A DNA stretch of 64,000 nucleotides from NCBI GenBank assembly GCA_001661245.1, contig KV454011.1, positions 2,406,987-2,470,986 on the forward strand, in the 5' to 3' direction. Origin of the DNA: Pachysolen tannophilus NRRL Y-2460 (lineage: Eukaryota). The notes beneath the pieces are model-generated. The model was given only the letters and a program-made list of their open reading frames with translations, had not been told where the DNA came from and did no database searches. Below, one piece after another: positions 31,431 to 42,015 of this stretch. How positions within the stretch are numbered: position 1 is the first letter of the stretch; each line of letters starts with the position of its first letter. The position numbers were made by a program, and so were the translations under genes.

Positions 31431-33266
31431 TTAATCATCATCACCAACTATAAGATTCAAGAATCTATGATACCAATACCTCAGTTGTTTCTTATCTTTA
31501 TTATCAATGTGGTATTCTTCACTATTCAAATACAGTTCTTCATAATCTTCAATTTCTTTTAAGTACTTATCGAAGTTGACCTCACTTACTTTTCTCCATT
31601 TGGTTCTGAATATAATCTTGTAACCAATGTACAATGCCAGGTCAACGAATAGCAATAAAAATGAAAACAAGAATGTTTCTAAACTCCAGTATTCTTTTGA
31701 AGGATAATATAATAGGTATGGATTTATAAAAATCATTGAAAAGAAACAAATAGCTCCCAAGATTGCCAAATATGGCTGATACCAAGCTCTAAAATATAAG
31801 TCTTTTCTGTCTATTCCTTTATATTTTAACAGCTTATAGAAAAAACAATAAGTGGAACAAATAAGGAAATAATTCAACAATTGACATTGGGTAACTAAGT
31901 TAATAATCCAGTCCAATACAATTGAAGAATTAGTTCCCAATTCTAATAGTGATAACAAACCCCAGCATAAACTAATCAAGACACAATACATAGGAACACC
32001 ATTTTTGGTACAGTGAGTTAAAAATTTTGGTGTTTTCCCATTCTTAGCCAATCCGTACAAAGTTCTTGAGGTACAATATGTGTATGAATTACCAGCGCTA
32101 AAAGCAGATAAAACTAACAATGCATTCACGATATCTGGCAAAACAGGTATATCCAAATTTTTCATTGCTATAACGTAAGGGGAGGAACCAGCTCCTGGTC
32201 TTGATTCTGAAATAGCACTTATCAACTGGCTGTCTCTCGAAGAACATACAATTCCAACACAAAGAGCACCACCAATAAACATAAAAGTTAATCTAAAGAA
32301 AACTTGTTTGAATGCTTTAGGTAAATTTTTCTTACGAACTTCACCTTTTATTTCTCCTGCAACACTAGCCACATAATCTGGACCTGCAATTGTAAAACTT
32401 GCCTGAATCAAACATGCTAAAAACCCTTGGAATCTACCTAAATTGCCTGTAGTCAAATATTCAACCATTGGTGATGGTTCATTCCAATTTCTAAAACCAT
32501 AAGCATCTCTATGAGGATTGGCACCAACCATAGTGAAAAATGTGAAAAGCATAAGTCCTGCTGCTAATATCACTTTACCTATACTTAACCAAAACTCAGT
32601 TTCTCCATAATAGCTTACAGCTGACATGCTAATGATAAAATATAACCCAAGTTGAATTCCTAATTCTATTCCCGGATTATGAGTTGAATTCCAATATTCT
32701 ATAATCGTATGAACACCAGAAATTTCAAAAGGAATCAACGCACCTTGCAAGACCCAAAAATTAAAACCTTGCATAAATTCCAAAGCTTCATCACATAATA
32801 TACCTGTTAAAGTTATAAATGGAGAAGTTGTTGGAAGAAAGCAAACCATTTCTGCCGTACAAAGTGTAACGAAAAAAACTGGAATACACCATATCAGAAA
32901 CGACAATAATAAACTTAGTGGTCCACCTTCATACAAAGAAGTACCAATAGACACAAAAAGTGCCGTTCCAATAGTACCACCAATACCTATCAACTGAACA
33001 TGCCTATTTTTCAAATTTCTTCTAGTAGTGTAAACTGAAGGTATTAAAGTTGAAGATGAGTCTGAAGCAACATTATCAACTTCTGTATCAATACGAAACT
33101 GATAATCACCTTTATCATACCTATCTATTCCAGTTGCTACAACGTATTGGCTATTTTCTTTTTCGTCTTGCTCAACTGTTGTTGTCAAAACGGCCGTAGT
33201 CGATTTAGCAGGAGGTAGCGGTACTAAATGATCATATAAAAAATTTTTCAACTTTGACTTCGACAT
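31431..33266 (-). CDS. APC-superfamily amino-acid permease, Agp2-like
   Basis: ATG 33266. RNLKNRHVQLIGIGGTIGTALFVSIG, YGETEFW..IGK, GAGSSPYVIAM, FSAGNSYTYC.SR; about 12 TM segments. Confidence 0.9.
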   Translation of the reverse strand: MSKSKLKNFLYDHLVPLPPAKSTTAVLTTTVEQDEKENSQYVVATGIDRYDKGDYQFRIDTEVDNVASDSSSTLIPSVYTTRRNLKNRHVQLIGIGGTIGTALFVSIGTSLYEGGPLSLLLSFLIWCIPVFFVTLCTAEMVCFLPTTSPFITLTGILCDEALEFMQGFNFWVLQGALIPFEISGVHTIIEYWNSTHNPGIELGIQLGLYFIISMSAVSYYGETEFWLSIGKVILAAGLMLFTFFTMVGANPHRDAYGFRNWNEPSPMVEYLTTGNLGRFQGFLACLIQASFTIAGPDYVASVAGEIKGEVRKKNLPKAFKQVFFRLTFMFIGGALCVGIVCSSRDSQLISAISESRPGAGSSPYVIAMKNLDIPVLPDIVNALLVLSAFSAGNSYTYCTSRTLYGLAKNGKTPKFLTHCTKNGVPMYCVLISLCWGLLSLLELGTNSSIVLDWIINLVTQCQLLNYFLICSTYCFFYKLLKYKGIDRKDLYFRAWYQPYLAILGAICFFSMIFINPYLLYYPSKEYWSLETFLFSFLLLFVDLALYIGYKIIFRTKWRKVSEVNFDKYLKEIEDYEELYLNSEEYHIDNKDKKQLRYWYHRFLNLIVGDDD

Positions 33267-33574
33267 ACTAAACGCTTTTACTGTAATTACCTCGATAATA
33301 AAAGACTCGATAATAAAAAAACCCACAAGAATCAAAATGATTCAGGCAACATATTAAGAAATATAATAGATATACGTCTTTATATATATATACATATAGA
33401 TATATATGTATATATATTGGTTTCACCTATTAGCATGATTAGCATAATGCAGCCTCCAAAAGAGTTCTACTTACAGAATGAAAATGACATATGACATAAT
33501 GTATAGTCTTTTTTTTTGTTTTTCAATGATCACGTCCATTTGACCTCAAGCAAGTAGTTGAAGATAAAAAGCGG

Positions 33575-33600
33575 GCATATGGTGCATATGGTGCATATGG
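33575..33600. repeat. 9-bp tandem repeat (GCATATGGT) x ~3 in the divergent promoter of the permease and DUF4451 copy 1
   Basis: Direct reading GCATATGGTGCATATGGTGCATATGG. Confidence 0.8.
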
Positions 33601-33880
33601 ATGCGCTGTACATTCCATTGGTGTAAAAACCCTTATTTCTTTGTGGGGCTTTAACTTAAAATGGAATTTTAATCACAATTTTCAGTTATCAGGTAATAAA
33701 TAAACCGAATAGAGGTATTTATTCCGTTTAAGATTAAGCTTATCTTTTAACTATGTTGCCTAAAAATATAGAAGATCAAAACTTAAATACTTTAAATGGC
33801 TGCACGCGATAAACACTACAAGATGCTACGAGATACTTCTTCAATTATTATCTTTTGAAGATTTTTTAACAGGAAACTAT

Positions 33881-34801
33881 ATGAACACCAACAACGAAGA
33901 CTTGTGCCAGTTCACAAGTGTCTTTGAAGAAGAGAATCATGAATCTCAAGAGAATCATGGATCTCAAGAGCATCACGAGTCTTGTAGATGTACTGAGTGT
34001 CTTGACAATAGTGATTTACTTCTAGATTTGGAAAGTAATTTCAATACTTTGCCAGATTCATCTTCTCCCAACACTCCTTTGACACCTCCAAGTTCAGAGG
34101 AAGATTCCTTAACAAATGAAGATTGGAAAACACTCAACGAGTTTATTCTGCAAGAGTTCCCAGAAGAAGCTAATTCTCAGGGTAAGGTTACCCCTGCTCA
34201 GACTGAAAACAGACTGGCAGATATGGAGAACGAAGCTGATTCTGAAAACTTCGATAAGTTACTAGAAGAATTAGAATTACACTTTGAGCAATCATCATCA
34301 GCTTCTGAAGATACTACACAAAATGGACTTTACGGGTTAGAGTACTATAGAAGACGTAATCATTTCAGGCTTAGTGACATGCCACGAGGTGAAGTTTATC
34401 AATACGAGATTTCTCCTAAAGCAAATAAATCACGCTACGAGCCTCAAATCTTGAGAAGAAAAGGCGCAAAGAGATCATCTACCGAAGGTTTATGTCCATA
34501 CTGCGAACATATTAATTTTTTGAAGTTAAGCTCTTCAGCTTACTTGCATCATTTAGGAATGAACCACGGCATTTTCTCCAATGGAGAAAAAGTCAAGGAA
34601 CCAACATTTGAAGAAAGACAAGAACTTAGCAGTTGTGGGAAAATTAAAACAATAGCAGGTTTCAGGTGCCCATACGAAAACTGTAAAATCGGCCACATCA
34701 AGGTCCCACAATTCAAACCTATACCTAGCAAAAACAGATACAAGAACTACCTTAGACATTGTAAGTTCTGCCACAATCGAGGCAAAAAATTGAAACATTG
34801 A
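33881..34801 (+). CDS. Acidic zinc-finger protein with a DUF4451/Rua1-C-like domain, copy 1 (lacks the 16-aa N-terminus of copy 2)
   Basis: YEPQILRRKG....EGLCPYC....FLKL..SAY.HH....HGI resembles the DUF4451 (Rua1/Meu26) pattern as I recall it. Second Cys/His cluster CPYENC...RHCKFCH; acidic N-terminal half. Confidence 0.65.
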   Translation: MNTNNEDLCQFTSVFEEENHESQENHGSQEHHESCRCTECLDNSDLLLDLESNFNTLPDSSSPNTPLTPPSSEEDSLTNEDWKTLNEFILQEFPEEANSQGKVTPAQTENRLADMENEADSENFDKLLEELELHFEQSSSASEDTTQNGLYGLEYYRRRNHFRLSDMPRGEVYQYEISPKANKSRYEPQILRRKGAKRSSTEGLCPYCEHINFLKLSSSAYLHHLGMNHGIFSNGEKVKEPTFEERQELSSCGKIKTIAGFRCPYENCKIGHIKVPQFKPIPSKNRYKNYLRHCKFCHNRGKKLKH

Positions 34802-34891
34802 TAAAATATGTATAAAACTATTGATTTTTTACCCTGAATTTTTTTACACTACAGTAGTTTTTGCTGTCTCCGTATTATAGATATATTGAAT

Positions 34892-35098
34892 AGATAATAT
34901 CTATTGGATTCATTTTAGAAAGAAAAGTTCTTGATTTTTTAAAAAAAAGATTCTGAGGACTAACCTCTTCTTTTATATCATTCATTCCCACTCTTTAGAT
35001 TGGAGGAAACTGCTACAAATCTTTTGAAAAAATGCAATTATAATATCTTAATACAAAGATCTAGGAAACTATAGATCTATCCAGATGTACGTCCTGCA
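34892..35098 (-). repeat. Left arm of a ~200-bp inverted repeat; inverted copy of the promoter and first codons of DUF4451 copy 2
   Basis: Reverse complement aligns to 41799-42015, including an identical run of ~50 bp (AGATCTATAGTTTCCTAGATCTTTGTATTAAGATATTATAATTGCATTTTT) and ATG AAT CCA ATA GAT versus ATG GAT CCA ATG GAT. Confidence 0.93.
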
Positions 35099-35309
35099 TA
35101 TTATGCATAATGTGTACTTCAAGATTTCATACAAATGATTACTCGCAGATAACCACCTATTTATCATCTTGGAAAGATTCAGGGGCACAAAAGTTGAAGG
35201 AAGACTGTTTATAGTTAAATTTGAAAGATTGTATGATTGAATAACGGGAAAGTTTAGTAAAAAAAAAAAAAAATGGGGAAAAAAAAGAGTACTTAGTTCT
35301 ATTTAGTGG

Positions 35310-36578
35310 TTATACCGGTTCAGATGCTTTTCCTAGATTCGAAGTTTCTTCTTCTTCTTCTTCTTCTATTTTGAAAGTCGTCATTGGAATTTTAAAGTTG
35401 TCACTGCTATTGGCATCATCAATATGAAATACAGTGTTTCTATCTGTATCCATTTCATGGGAAAGTTCATCATCGTCCAAGAGAGTTTCAGTTTGATCTT
35501 GCTGTTCTTCTTTTTGCTTTAACAAAACTGCAGATATCGCCGAACTTATAATTATAACAAATCCAATCCAGCTCAAAAGAGGTGGAACATGGTGCCATAT
35601 GGTTAGTTCCCAGACTAGTGCATATATCATTTGTGTATAACTCACCAAAGACAGACGACCTGCTTTTTCTCTTTGAATACCAGCAGTCATGAATACTTGG
35701 TTGATAAATCCAGACAGTCCCAAGAGAAAGAAAAAAATCCAATGTTTTATGGTTTTTGGTAGTTGAATGGTTTCACTTTGTTTAAAAATTACAATCAAAC
35801 AAGACACAATACAAGAGACACCAGAATAATACTGAACTGAAAGCAAAGGATGAGCTCTATTACCAATTGAACGAATCAATATTGTGACAAAACTACCCCC
35901 TAAAATTCCGAAAAATAATACGGAAGTGGCAAGTAGTCTGACTTTTGGATCTTTGGTTTCTACATCTTCATCTGTCTGATTATTTACAAGGTACCAACTA
36001 AAGAGAAATGAAGGTCTTGCAATTAAGAGAACGCCAATCATTGAAAAAAGGCCACTGAGAGCTTCCCAGATTGAATATCTCTCTTTTAATAAAACATAGG
36101 CCAAAGCCAATGTTATACAAGGGCTGATAAATTCAATAACTATAGAATCACTAAGACTGATATAATGTAATGCATAATAAGATCCAAATAACCACAAGAA
36201 CCCACTTGATCCCCTTAACAACAATAAATGCCGAACTTCTTTTGCACCAAATGGGAAATGCGGAATTTCCATGTAATACATATAGACGGCAGAGCAAACA
36301 ACAGTAAAAGACATCCTAACAAAAATTAGTTCAGAGGAACTTAAAGGTGTATTAAAGTTCTTATCATTTTCCAATAGTTTGACAAATACAAACATAAGTG
36401 AATTGAAAAACTGACTTATAAACAAGAAGCATAATCCAATATTGTGCTTGAAATATTTCAAATAAATTTCCGAATTATAATATCTTTCCTTCAACCTTGC
36501 CAAAAATGAAGATGATGAATCCCCGTATAAAGCGGGCACATTGCTTTGAGTATAAGATGATGATGTTTGACTTATCAT
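35310..36578 (-). CDS. EamA/DMT-superfamily transporter (YMR253C/YPL264C-like), paralog 1
   Basis: SQFFNSLM, RG..GF, LIARPSFLF, IRSIGNRAHPLLSV.Y, AGIQREKAGR, YTQMIYALVWE; about 10 TM segments. Confidence 0.88.
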   Translation of the reverse strand: MISQTSSSYTQSNVPALYGDSSSSFLARLKERYYNSEIYLKYFKHNIGLCFLFISQFFNSLMFVFVKLLENDKNFNTPLSSSELIFVRMSFTVVCSAVYMYYMEIPHFPFGAKEVRHLLLLRGSSGFLWLFGSYYALHYISLSDSIVIEFISPCITLALAYVLLKERYSIWEALSGLFSMIGVLLIARPSFLFSWYLVNNQTDEDVETKDPKVRLLATSVLFFGILGGSFVTILIRSIGNRAHPLLSVQYYSGVSCIVSCLIVIFKQSETIQLPKTIKHWIFFFLLGLSGFINQVFMTAGIQREKAGRLSLVSYTQMIYALVWELTIWHHVPPLLSWIGFVIIISSAISAVLLKQKEEQQDQTETLLDDDELSHEMDTDRNTVFHIDDANSSDNFKIPMTTFKIEEEEEEETSNLGKASEPV

Positions 36579-36730
36579 TTTCTCGTTTTATTTCTATTTC
36601 TATCACACACACTCACTTTTAATTTTCCACTTCTTTTTTTCAACCTTTTACTTTTACAGTTGAACAAGTAATACTCTATAGCTCTATATAATTCATGATA
36701 AACCTATCCTTGTTTTGTAGTTAATACTTT

Positions 36731-36739
36731 ATGACTCAT
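36731..36739. promoter_or_regulatory. Perfect Gcn4/AP-1-type site ATGACTCAT upstream of EamA paralog 1
   Basis: Exact 9-mer consensus ~155 bp upstream of the ATG at 36578. Confidence 0.5.
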
Positions 36740-37167
36740 ATAACTAGTTAAATGTAGTTAGTTAGCCACAGAAGAGATGCGATAAGATTTTTCAGTTAGC
36801 CGATTTACGCCCTATATTTAGCGAAATCGCTATCAAATAGATAAGTTCAAATTAATACTATAAATAAATGAGTAAACATTGCCCATCACTTCTATCTCTA
36901 ACTATATACCATATAGTACAAACTTCTAAGAAAATGGAAAACAAAACTAATTCGAAATGAAAGTAAAGGTTATAATGAAAAGGAAACAAACTAAAACAAA
37001 AAAAAAGGAAGAACCTATGCAATGAAAACCCGCATTAAATATTAGTAAATCAAAGATGTAGATAAATATATATAAAAATTTCTGATATTTCCCATTCCCC
37101 CTAGGAATACACCCCAAAAGATCTTAGATCTATTTTTTTTTTCCTAGTCGGATATTGTTTTTGAATG

Positions 37168-38538
37168 TTATTTGGTAATGATAGACAGTTCAGAACTAGA
37201 GTTAGAGCTCTTAATACTGCTTTCCTTTGGCACGGCACCGGCATTAAGATGTAATTTTTTGTTGACTAGAGATTCATTTGAATTTAAAATATTGGCAGAG
37301 TGGTTTAGTTTGCCAATGTTTTCCAACTCAACTGAATTTTGTTCTGCACCTCTACTTTCCATATCATCTTCAGATACGAACCTTTCTCTACGAACAATAC
37401 CATTTGGTTCAATTGGTGGCTCATGTTTTGGTTTAAAGTAACATATGCATGCTGCGGATCCAATAATGATGAAAAAACCTATCCAACTCAATATAGGTGG
37501 AAAATGATACCAAACTGTGATTTCCCAGAATAATGCATATATCATCTGTGTATAAGTCATTAATGCAGTTCTACCAGCTTTTTCTCTTTGTACACCTGCG
37601 GTTAAACAAAATTGCATAACAAATCCACTAACACCAATAAGGATAAAATAATACCATTGTCTTGGAGTATGTGGAATTTGAAAAGTTAATGAAGGGGTAA
37701 CCATTATTGCAATAAATGATACTAAACAACAATACAGAGAGAAATATGATACGGAAAGGAGTGCATGTGCTCTTTTACCAATATAACGTATTACAATCAT
37801 AACAAAACCAGAACCCACGGCACCTAGCACAGCAACAAATGTGGCCAATATTCTCTTTGAAGGATCTGCAGTTTCAACGTTAGTATCAGTTTCGCTACTT
37901 GTTTCATTTCCAAAGATAAATGTAGGCCTTGCTATTAAAACAACACCCAATAAAGAAAATATACCTCCAACACCTTCAATCCAAGTAAATGTTTCGTGCA
38001 AGATTAAGTACGCAGCCAACCCAGTTATTGAAGGACCCAAAAACATCAACACTGTAGCATCACTAACACTTAAATATTGTAAAGAAAAATACATTCCAAA
38101 TACCCCAAAAAACCCGGTAACTCCTCTCATGATTAGCCATTTTCTCAAACCTTTAGGACCTAATGGGAAATCAGGAGTCTTTGCAAAATACATATATATA
38201 AAACACATGATATAAGTTATCGACATCCTAGCAAATAAAATTTGAAAAGGATTCATCGGCACTTCGAAATCAGGATCTGTTTCCAACAATTTGCATGACA
38301 TATTCATCAAGGAATTGAAAAACTGAGCAACGCAAACCAACGATAACCCAATATTTGGCAGTACAAACCTATCATAATAAGAGGTTAATATTGTCTTCAT
38401 CTTATACAACTGTGAACTCCCCAATATCGTTTCGTCATTATCACTGTCATCATAAATGGACAACTCAAAGGAGTCATTATCATCGTTATCTTTTAATAAA
38501 CCTCTACCTACGCTCAGGTTCCGATCTCTATCTGTCAT
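37168..38538 (-). CDS. EamA/DMT-superfamily transporter (YMR253C/YPL264C-like), paralog 2
   Basis: ATG 38538. AQFFNSLM, RGVTGFFGVFGMYFSLQYLSVSDATV, LIARPTFIFG, IRYIGKRAH, GVQREKAGR, YTQMIYALFWE. Confidence 0.9.
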   Translation of the reverse strand: MTDRDRNLSVGRGLLKDNDDNDSFELSIYDDSDNDETILGSSQLYKMKTILTSYYDRFVLPNIGLSLVCVAQFFNSLMNMSCKLLETDPDFEVPMNPFQILFARMSITYIMCFIYMYFAKTPDFPLGPKGLRKWLIMRGVTGFFGVFGMYFSLQYLSVSDATVLMFLGPSITGLAAYLILHETFTWIEGVGGIFSLLGVVLIARPTFIFGNETSSETDTNVETADPSKRILATFVAVLGAVGSGFVMIVIRYIGKRAHALLSVSYFSLYCCLVSFIAIMVTPSLTFQIPHTPRQWYYFILIGVSGFVMQFCLTAGVQREKAGRTALMTYTQMIYALFWEITVWYHFPPILSWIGFFIIIGSAACICYFKPKHEPPIEPNGIVRRERFVSEDDMESRGAEQNSVELENIGKLNHSANILNSNESLVNKKLHLNAGAVPKESSIKSSNSSSELSIITK

Positions 38539-39365
38539 TTTCCTGCAATATTTGTTCACCTAAAGACTAGCTTTCTCTTAACTTCAAACCTCACCGGAAC
38601 TAGCCCAACAACAGTTAGAAACAAATATCGAAATTAAACAGCCAAAAAAGATAAATCTAGAAAAGGCAAGAAAAATAATATATATATATATTTTATATGC
38701 TTAAAACATATTTGATCAAAAGTGTGGCCTACTTTGCCAGAGGTAGTCATGGGCCGCTATGGAAAAGGCTGCAGGAAAATGCGCTCAAAAAAACACTTAG
38801 TGCGCTCGCTTATTGCGCACACTTCAGACTTAACTGCGGATGGGACACATTAGATATTGAATCTGCGTAGCAGTTGAAGAGACTTCTTCATTGATGATGG
38901 ATGATTTATAATGCCAGTGTCGAGTTATCAATAGCAATTGTAGTTTCAGGGGTTAGAAATAGAGACAATCGGTTTCAATTTTTTTAATTTTTTTTTTTTT
39001 TTTTTTTTTAAGGTTCAATTTATAATTTTAGTTTTAATCATGATGAACCTTTAAAAAATACAAGTAATGTGATTATTATATTACTATTTCCTGAATAAAA
39101 ATTTAGACAAAAATGTCAAATTTTTCATTTGCATACTCAGGATAGTTTCCATTTTTTAAAACCATTTGATTTAAGTGTTTACAACATTAATAGCTTTTAC
39201 TAGTTGCTTATCTTTTAGAAAAGAAAAATTCAGCTTCTACACGAGTGATACCAAAACTTGCAGGTTCCTGCAGATACTGTTTATACAACAACAAAAAAAA
39301 TTAAATTCAACACGATTGATAGATTGATAAATATATATATATATATATATATAAACTCTCGCTAC

Positions 39366-41180
39366 TTAGATATATCCATTTCCACTCCCTCTTAACCTAT
39401 TAATAATAAACTCATTTTCATATAACTCTTTAAACTTCATTAGTAAATCAAATATGCAATCAATTTCTATCTTGATATCATCAGCTCCCAATAAATAATC
39501 GTTGATCAATTTACTGAAAGATTCACCATTTGTAATAATGATTTGGTTTTGTTCCAAACTACAATTTAAATTTAAAATATGTTCATCCTCAAACAAGGTA
39601 TCTTCACATTTCAACCATTTATGAACATCAATATAACCAAATTTTTTCAACTTGTAAGATAAATTCCCCAAACCTTTTAATTTTTCAACATCAATGTTAA
39701 ATTCAGTAATATTTGTCACAAATGAAGGAATATTAATGTTAAAAATCAAATCACCGCTAACTGTTGGTTTGTCAAACCCATTATCTACCGAAAAGGATAA
39801 ATTTTCTAATGTGGTATTTTTCAAAAATTGGTAAGACAATGTCAGTTCTTGATCATTAATTATTTGTTTAAGAAACAAAGAAGTTAAACTCTTCAAATCA
39901 AACTCTAAATTCAATGATGCAAAAATGTTTTCATATAACCAAGTTGGTAATTCTTTTTCGTTTTCTGAAGAGCTTCTGAGATCCAACATGATTGATTCAT
40001 CTTTGTCATAAACAAGTTTCCGTATTATATTTGATAATGGTGAAAATTCATCTTCACTATCACATGATTCAAAGAAAACACTAGGTAAATTATTCAATAA
40101 CGATTCCAAATTTATTGGTTCCTTACTGTTCAAAAATTTTGATAAATTTGAAGTTTTCAAAGTTGCTAGTTTGATTTCTGGAATTTCTAAAACTTCATCA
40201 ATTTTTTTAGTACATGGACTGCGTAAATACAAATCCCAGTACAATATATCTGGAATCGATATATGATTCCTATATTTAGATAACAAATCATCGCCATCAG
40301 TTTCTTTATTCCTTTTGGAATCTAAAAAAGTTTTAACACTGACAATATTGTCTTCTTTCGAAATTTCAAAATTATTAAAATTAAAATCTTTTGCATTTAC
40401 AAAACCAATAAAATCATACAATTTAAAATTTCTAGTAAAATCTATTCTTATCTTCCCCATAGGTATATTTAATAATCCAAATTTAATTTTCAAAGCAATA
40501 TCACCATAAAGTTTTAAAATCTCATCCGGGTTTTTAATCATTTTCTTTACAATTTTAAAAATATTCTCTTGATTGGGTTTCACATTAACAAATAATTGCA
40601 AGCTATTTCTAGAATTTTGATGAATTTTAACATCAAATGGATCTATTCTAATTTGACCTAATTCCAAATATTCATTAATGGATTCATCAAATATTCTTAA
40701 ATTAATATCGTCCAAATTCAATTTTAAAGTTTGAATCACATAACTAGACGATATCAATAATTTTCTATCCCAATCACTCAAATTTTCAGCATTATTATAA
40801 TCTATACTGTTGTCTAAATAAACTATCAAGTTAATAGAGCCTTTATCTTGATCATCAATACCTTTATATTCGATATTTGTTATGTTTACCTCATTTGACT
40901 CCTGAATGGTATTACCTAAATTTGAATAAATTTTCAACCCCGTTATAATGAAAAAACCTACAATAGATGATAGCAATAATATAGAAATTAAAGCTAGCAC
41001 CATCTTCAAATTATACCTTCCAAATCTATAAGGTCTATGATGACGATGTGTCCCTGGTTCCATTATCAAATTTTCATCATCTTGGTTCATTAGATTATCA
41101 TCCTCGATTGGTACCGGCGGTAAATTCGTCAACAACGGAGTTGACTCACTCGTATCCTGCTTTATAGGATGCGACGACAT
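39366..41180 (-). CDS. Single-pass type II membrane protein, probably Tag1 (YLR173W)-like vacuolar protein
   Basis: ATG 41180. N-terminal acidic dileucine signal ESTPLL, one TM helix near aa 60-85, large putative luminal domain. Family call is tentative. Confidence 0.5.
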   Translation of the reverse strand: MSSHPIKQDTSESTPLLTNLPPVPIEDDNLMNQDDENLIMEPGTHRHHRPYRFGRYNLKMVLALISILLLSSIVGFFIITGLKIYSNLGNTIQESNEVNITNIEYKGIDDQDKGSINLIVYLDNSIDYNNAENLSDWDRKLLISSSYVIQTLKLNLDDINLRIFDESINEYLELGQIRIDPFDVKIHQNSRNSLQLFVNVKPNQENIFKIVKKMIKNPDEILKLYGDIALKIKFGLLNIPMGKIRIDFTRNFKLYDFIGFVNAKDFNFNNFEISKEDNIVSVKTFLDSKRNKETDGDDLLSKYRNHISIPDILYWDLYLRSPCTKKIDEVLEIPEIKLATLKTSNLSKFLNSKEPINLESLLNNLPSVFFESCDSEDEFSPLSNIIRKLVYDKDESIMLDLRSSSENEKELPTWLYENIFASLNLEFDLKSLTSLFLKQIINDQELTLSYQFLKNTTLENLSFSVDNGFDKPTVSGDLIFNINIPSFVTNITEFNIDVEKLKGLGNLSYKLKKFGYIDVHKWLKCEDTLFEDEHILNLNCSLEQNQIIITNGESFSKLINDYLLGADDIKIEIDCIFDLLMKFKELYENEFIINRLRGSGNGYI

Positions 41181-41798
41181 CTTAATCACTTATATCACAA
41201 TTATTACAGATTTTACGACTGAATACAACTAAACCGTCTTTTGATGGATTGTAATAAATACAGGAGAAAGTCAGTCAGTCAGTCATGCACAGAAAAAAGA
41301 AAATATAATGTCTTTTTGTAGAAAACACAAAGTAGTGTAGTTCAAACCCAATTTTACGAAAGAGGAAATTTTTGTGTTTCTGCAAAGAAACCATTTTTAA
41401 GGAACAATAAGAAGACAGGACTATACATGAGATGTTTCTGAATCTCTAGAAGAATCTTGGGTATTATAGGGTTCAGATAGAAACCTTTGCTTTTTGTTTA
41501 AAAGAGACGTAGGTTAGTTGCAATCTAGGAATTTTTTTTTTTCTTTTTGGTAGGGCTTCAGTTAACAAGATTGTAAGTAGTAGAGAGAAGGTGTGTGTAA
41601 TCTTACAAGTCAGAGTGCCAAAGACGCATGTTTACAGAAATGAGATATTAAGTCAACCCCAAGGAAGAACGAACAAGTGGGAAAGAAGAAACATCTTTAA
41701 AGAAAAGAAGGTAACTACTAACATATTGAAAGTTAAAAAAAAAAANAAAAAAAAAACTACCCAAATCTCGCTGTGTTTAGGATCCATTATGTAGGTGG

Positions 41799-42015
41799 TG
41801 CAGGTTGTAGATCGAGACAGATCTATAGTTTCCTAGATCTTTGTATTAAGATATTATAATTGCATTTTTTTTAAAAGATTTGTAGCAGTTTCCTTCAATT
41901 TAAAGAGTACCAAATAGTGGGAATGAATGATATAAAAGAAAAGGTTAGTCCTCTCGTTTTTTTTTTAAAAAAATCAAGAACTTTTCTTTCTAAAATGGAT
42001 CCAATGGATTTATCT
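41799..42015 (+). repeat. Right arm of the ~200-bp inverted repeat (promoter and start of DUF4451 copy 2)
   Basis: Aligns to the reverse complement of 34892-35098 with scattered substitutions and a 10-nt insertion near 41908-41917. Contains TATAAAA at 41931-41937. Confidence 0.93.

Noticed and set aside
41917..41994. N-terminal extension of DUF4451 copy 2 shown in the ORF track
   Set aside because: Begins at a GTG and runs through TATA and poly-T/poly-A promoter sequence; not kept in frame in the other repeat arm. An in-frame ATG at 41923 lies upstream of the TATA box.
34892..42015. Mating-type flip-flop locus
   Set aside because: No HMG, alpha-box or homeodomain ORFs, and no SLA2 or other typical MAT neighbours in the window.
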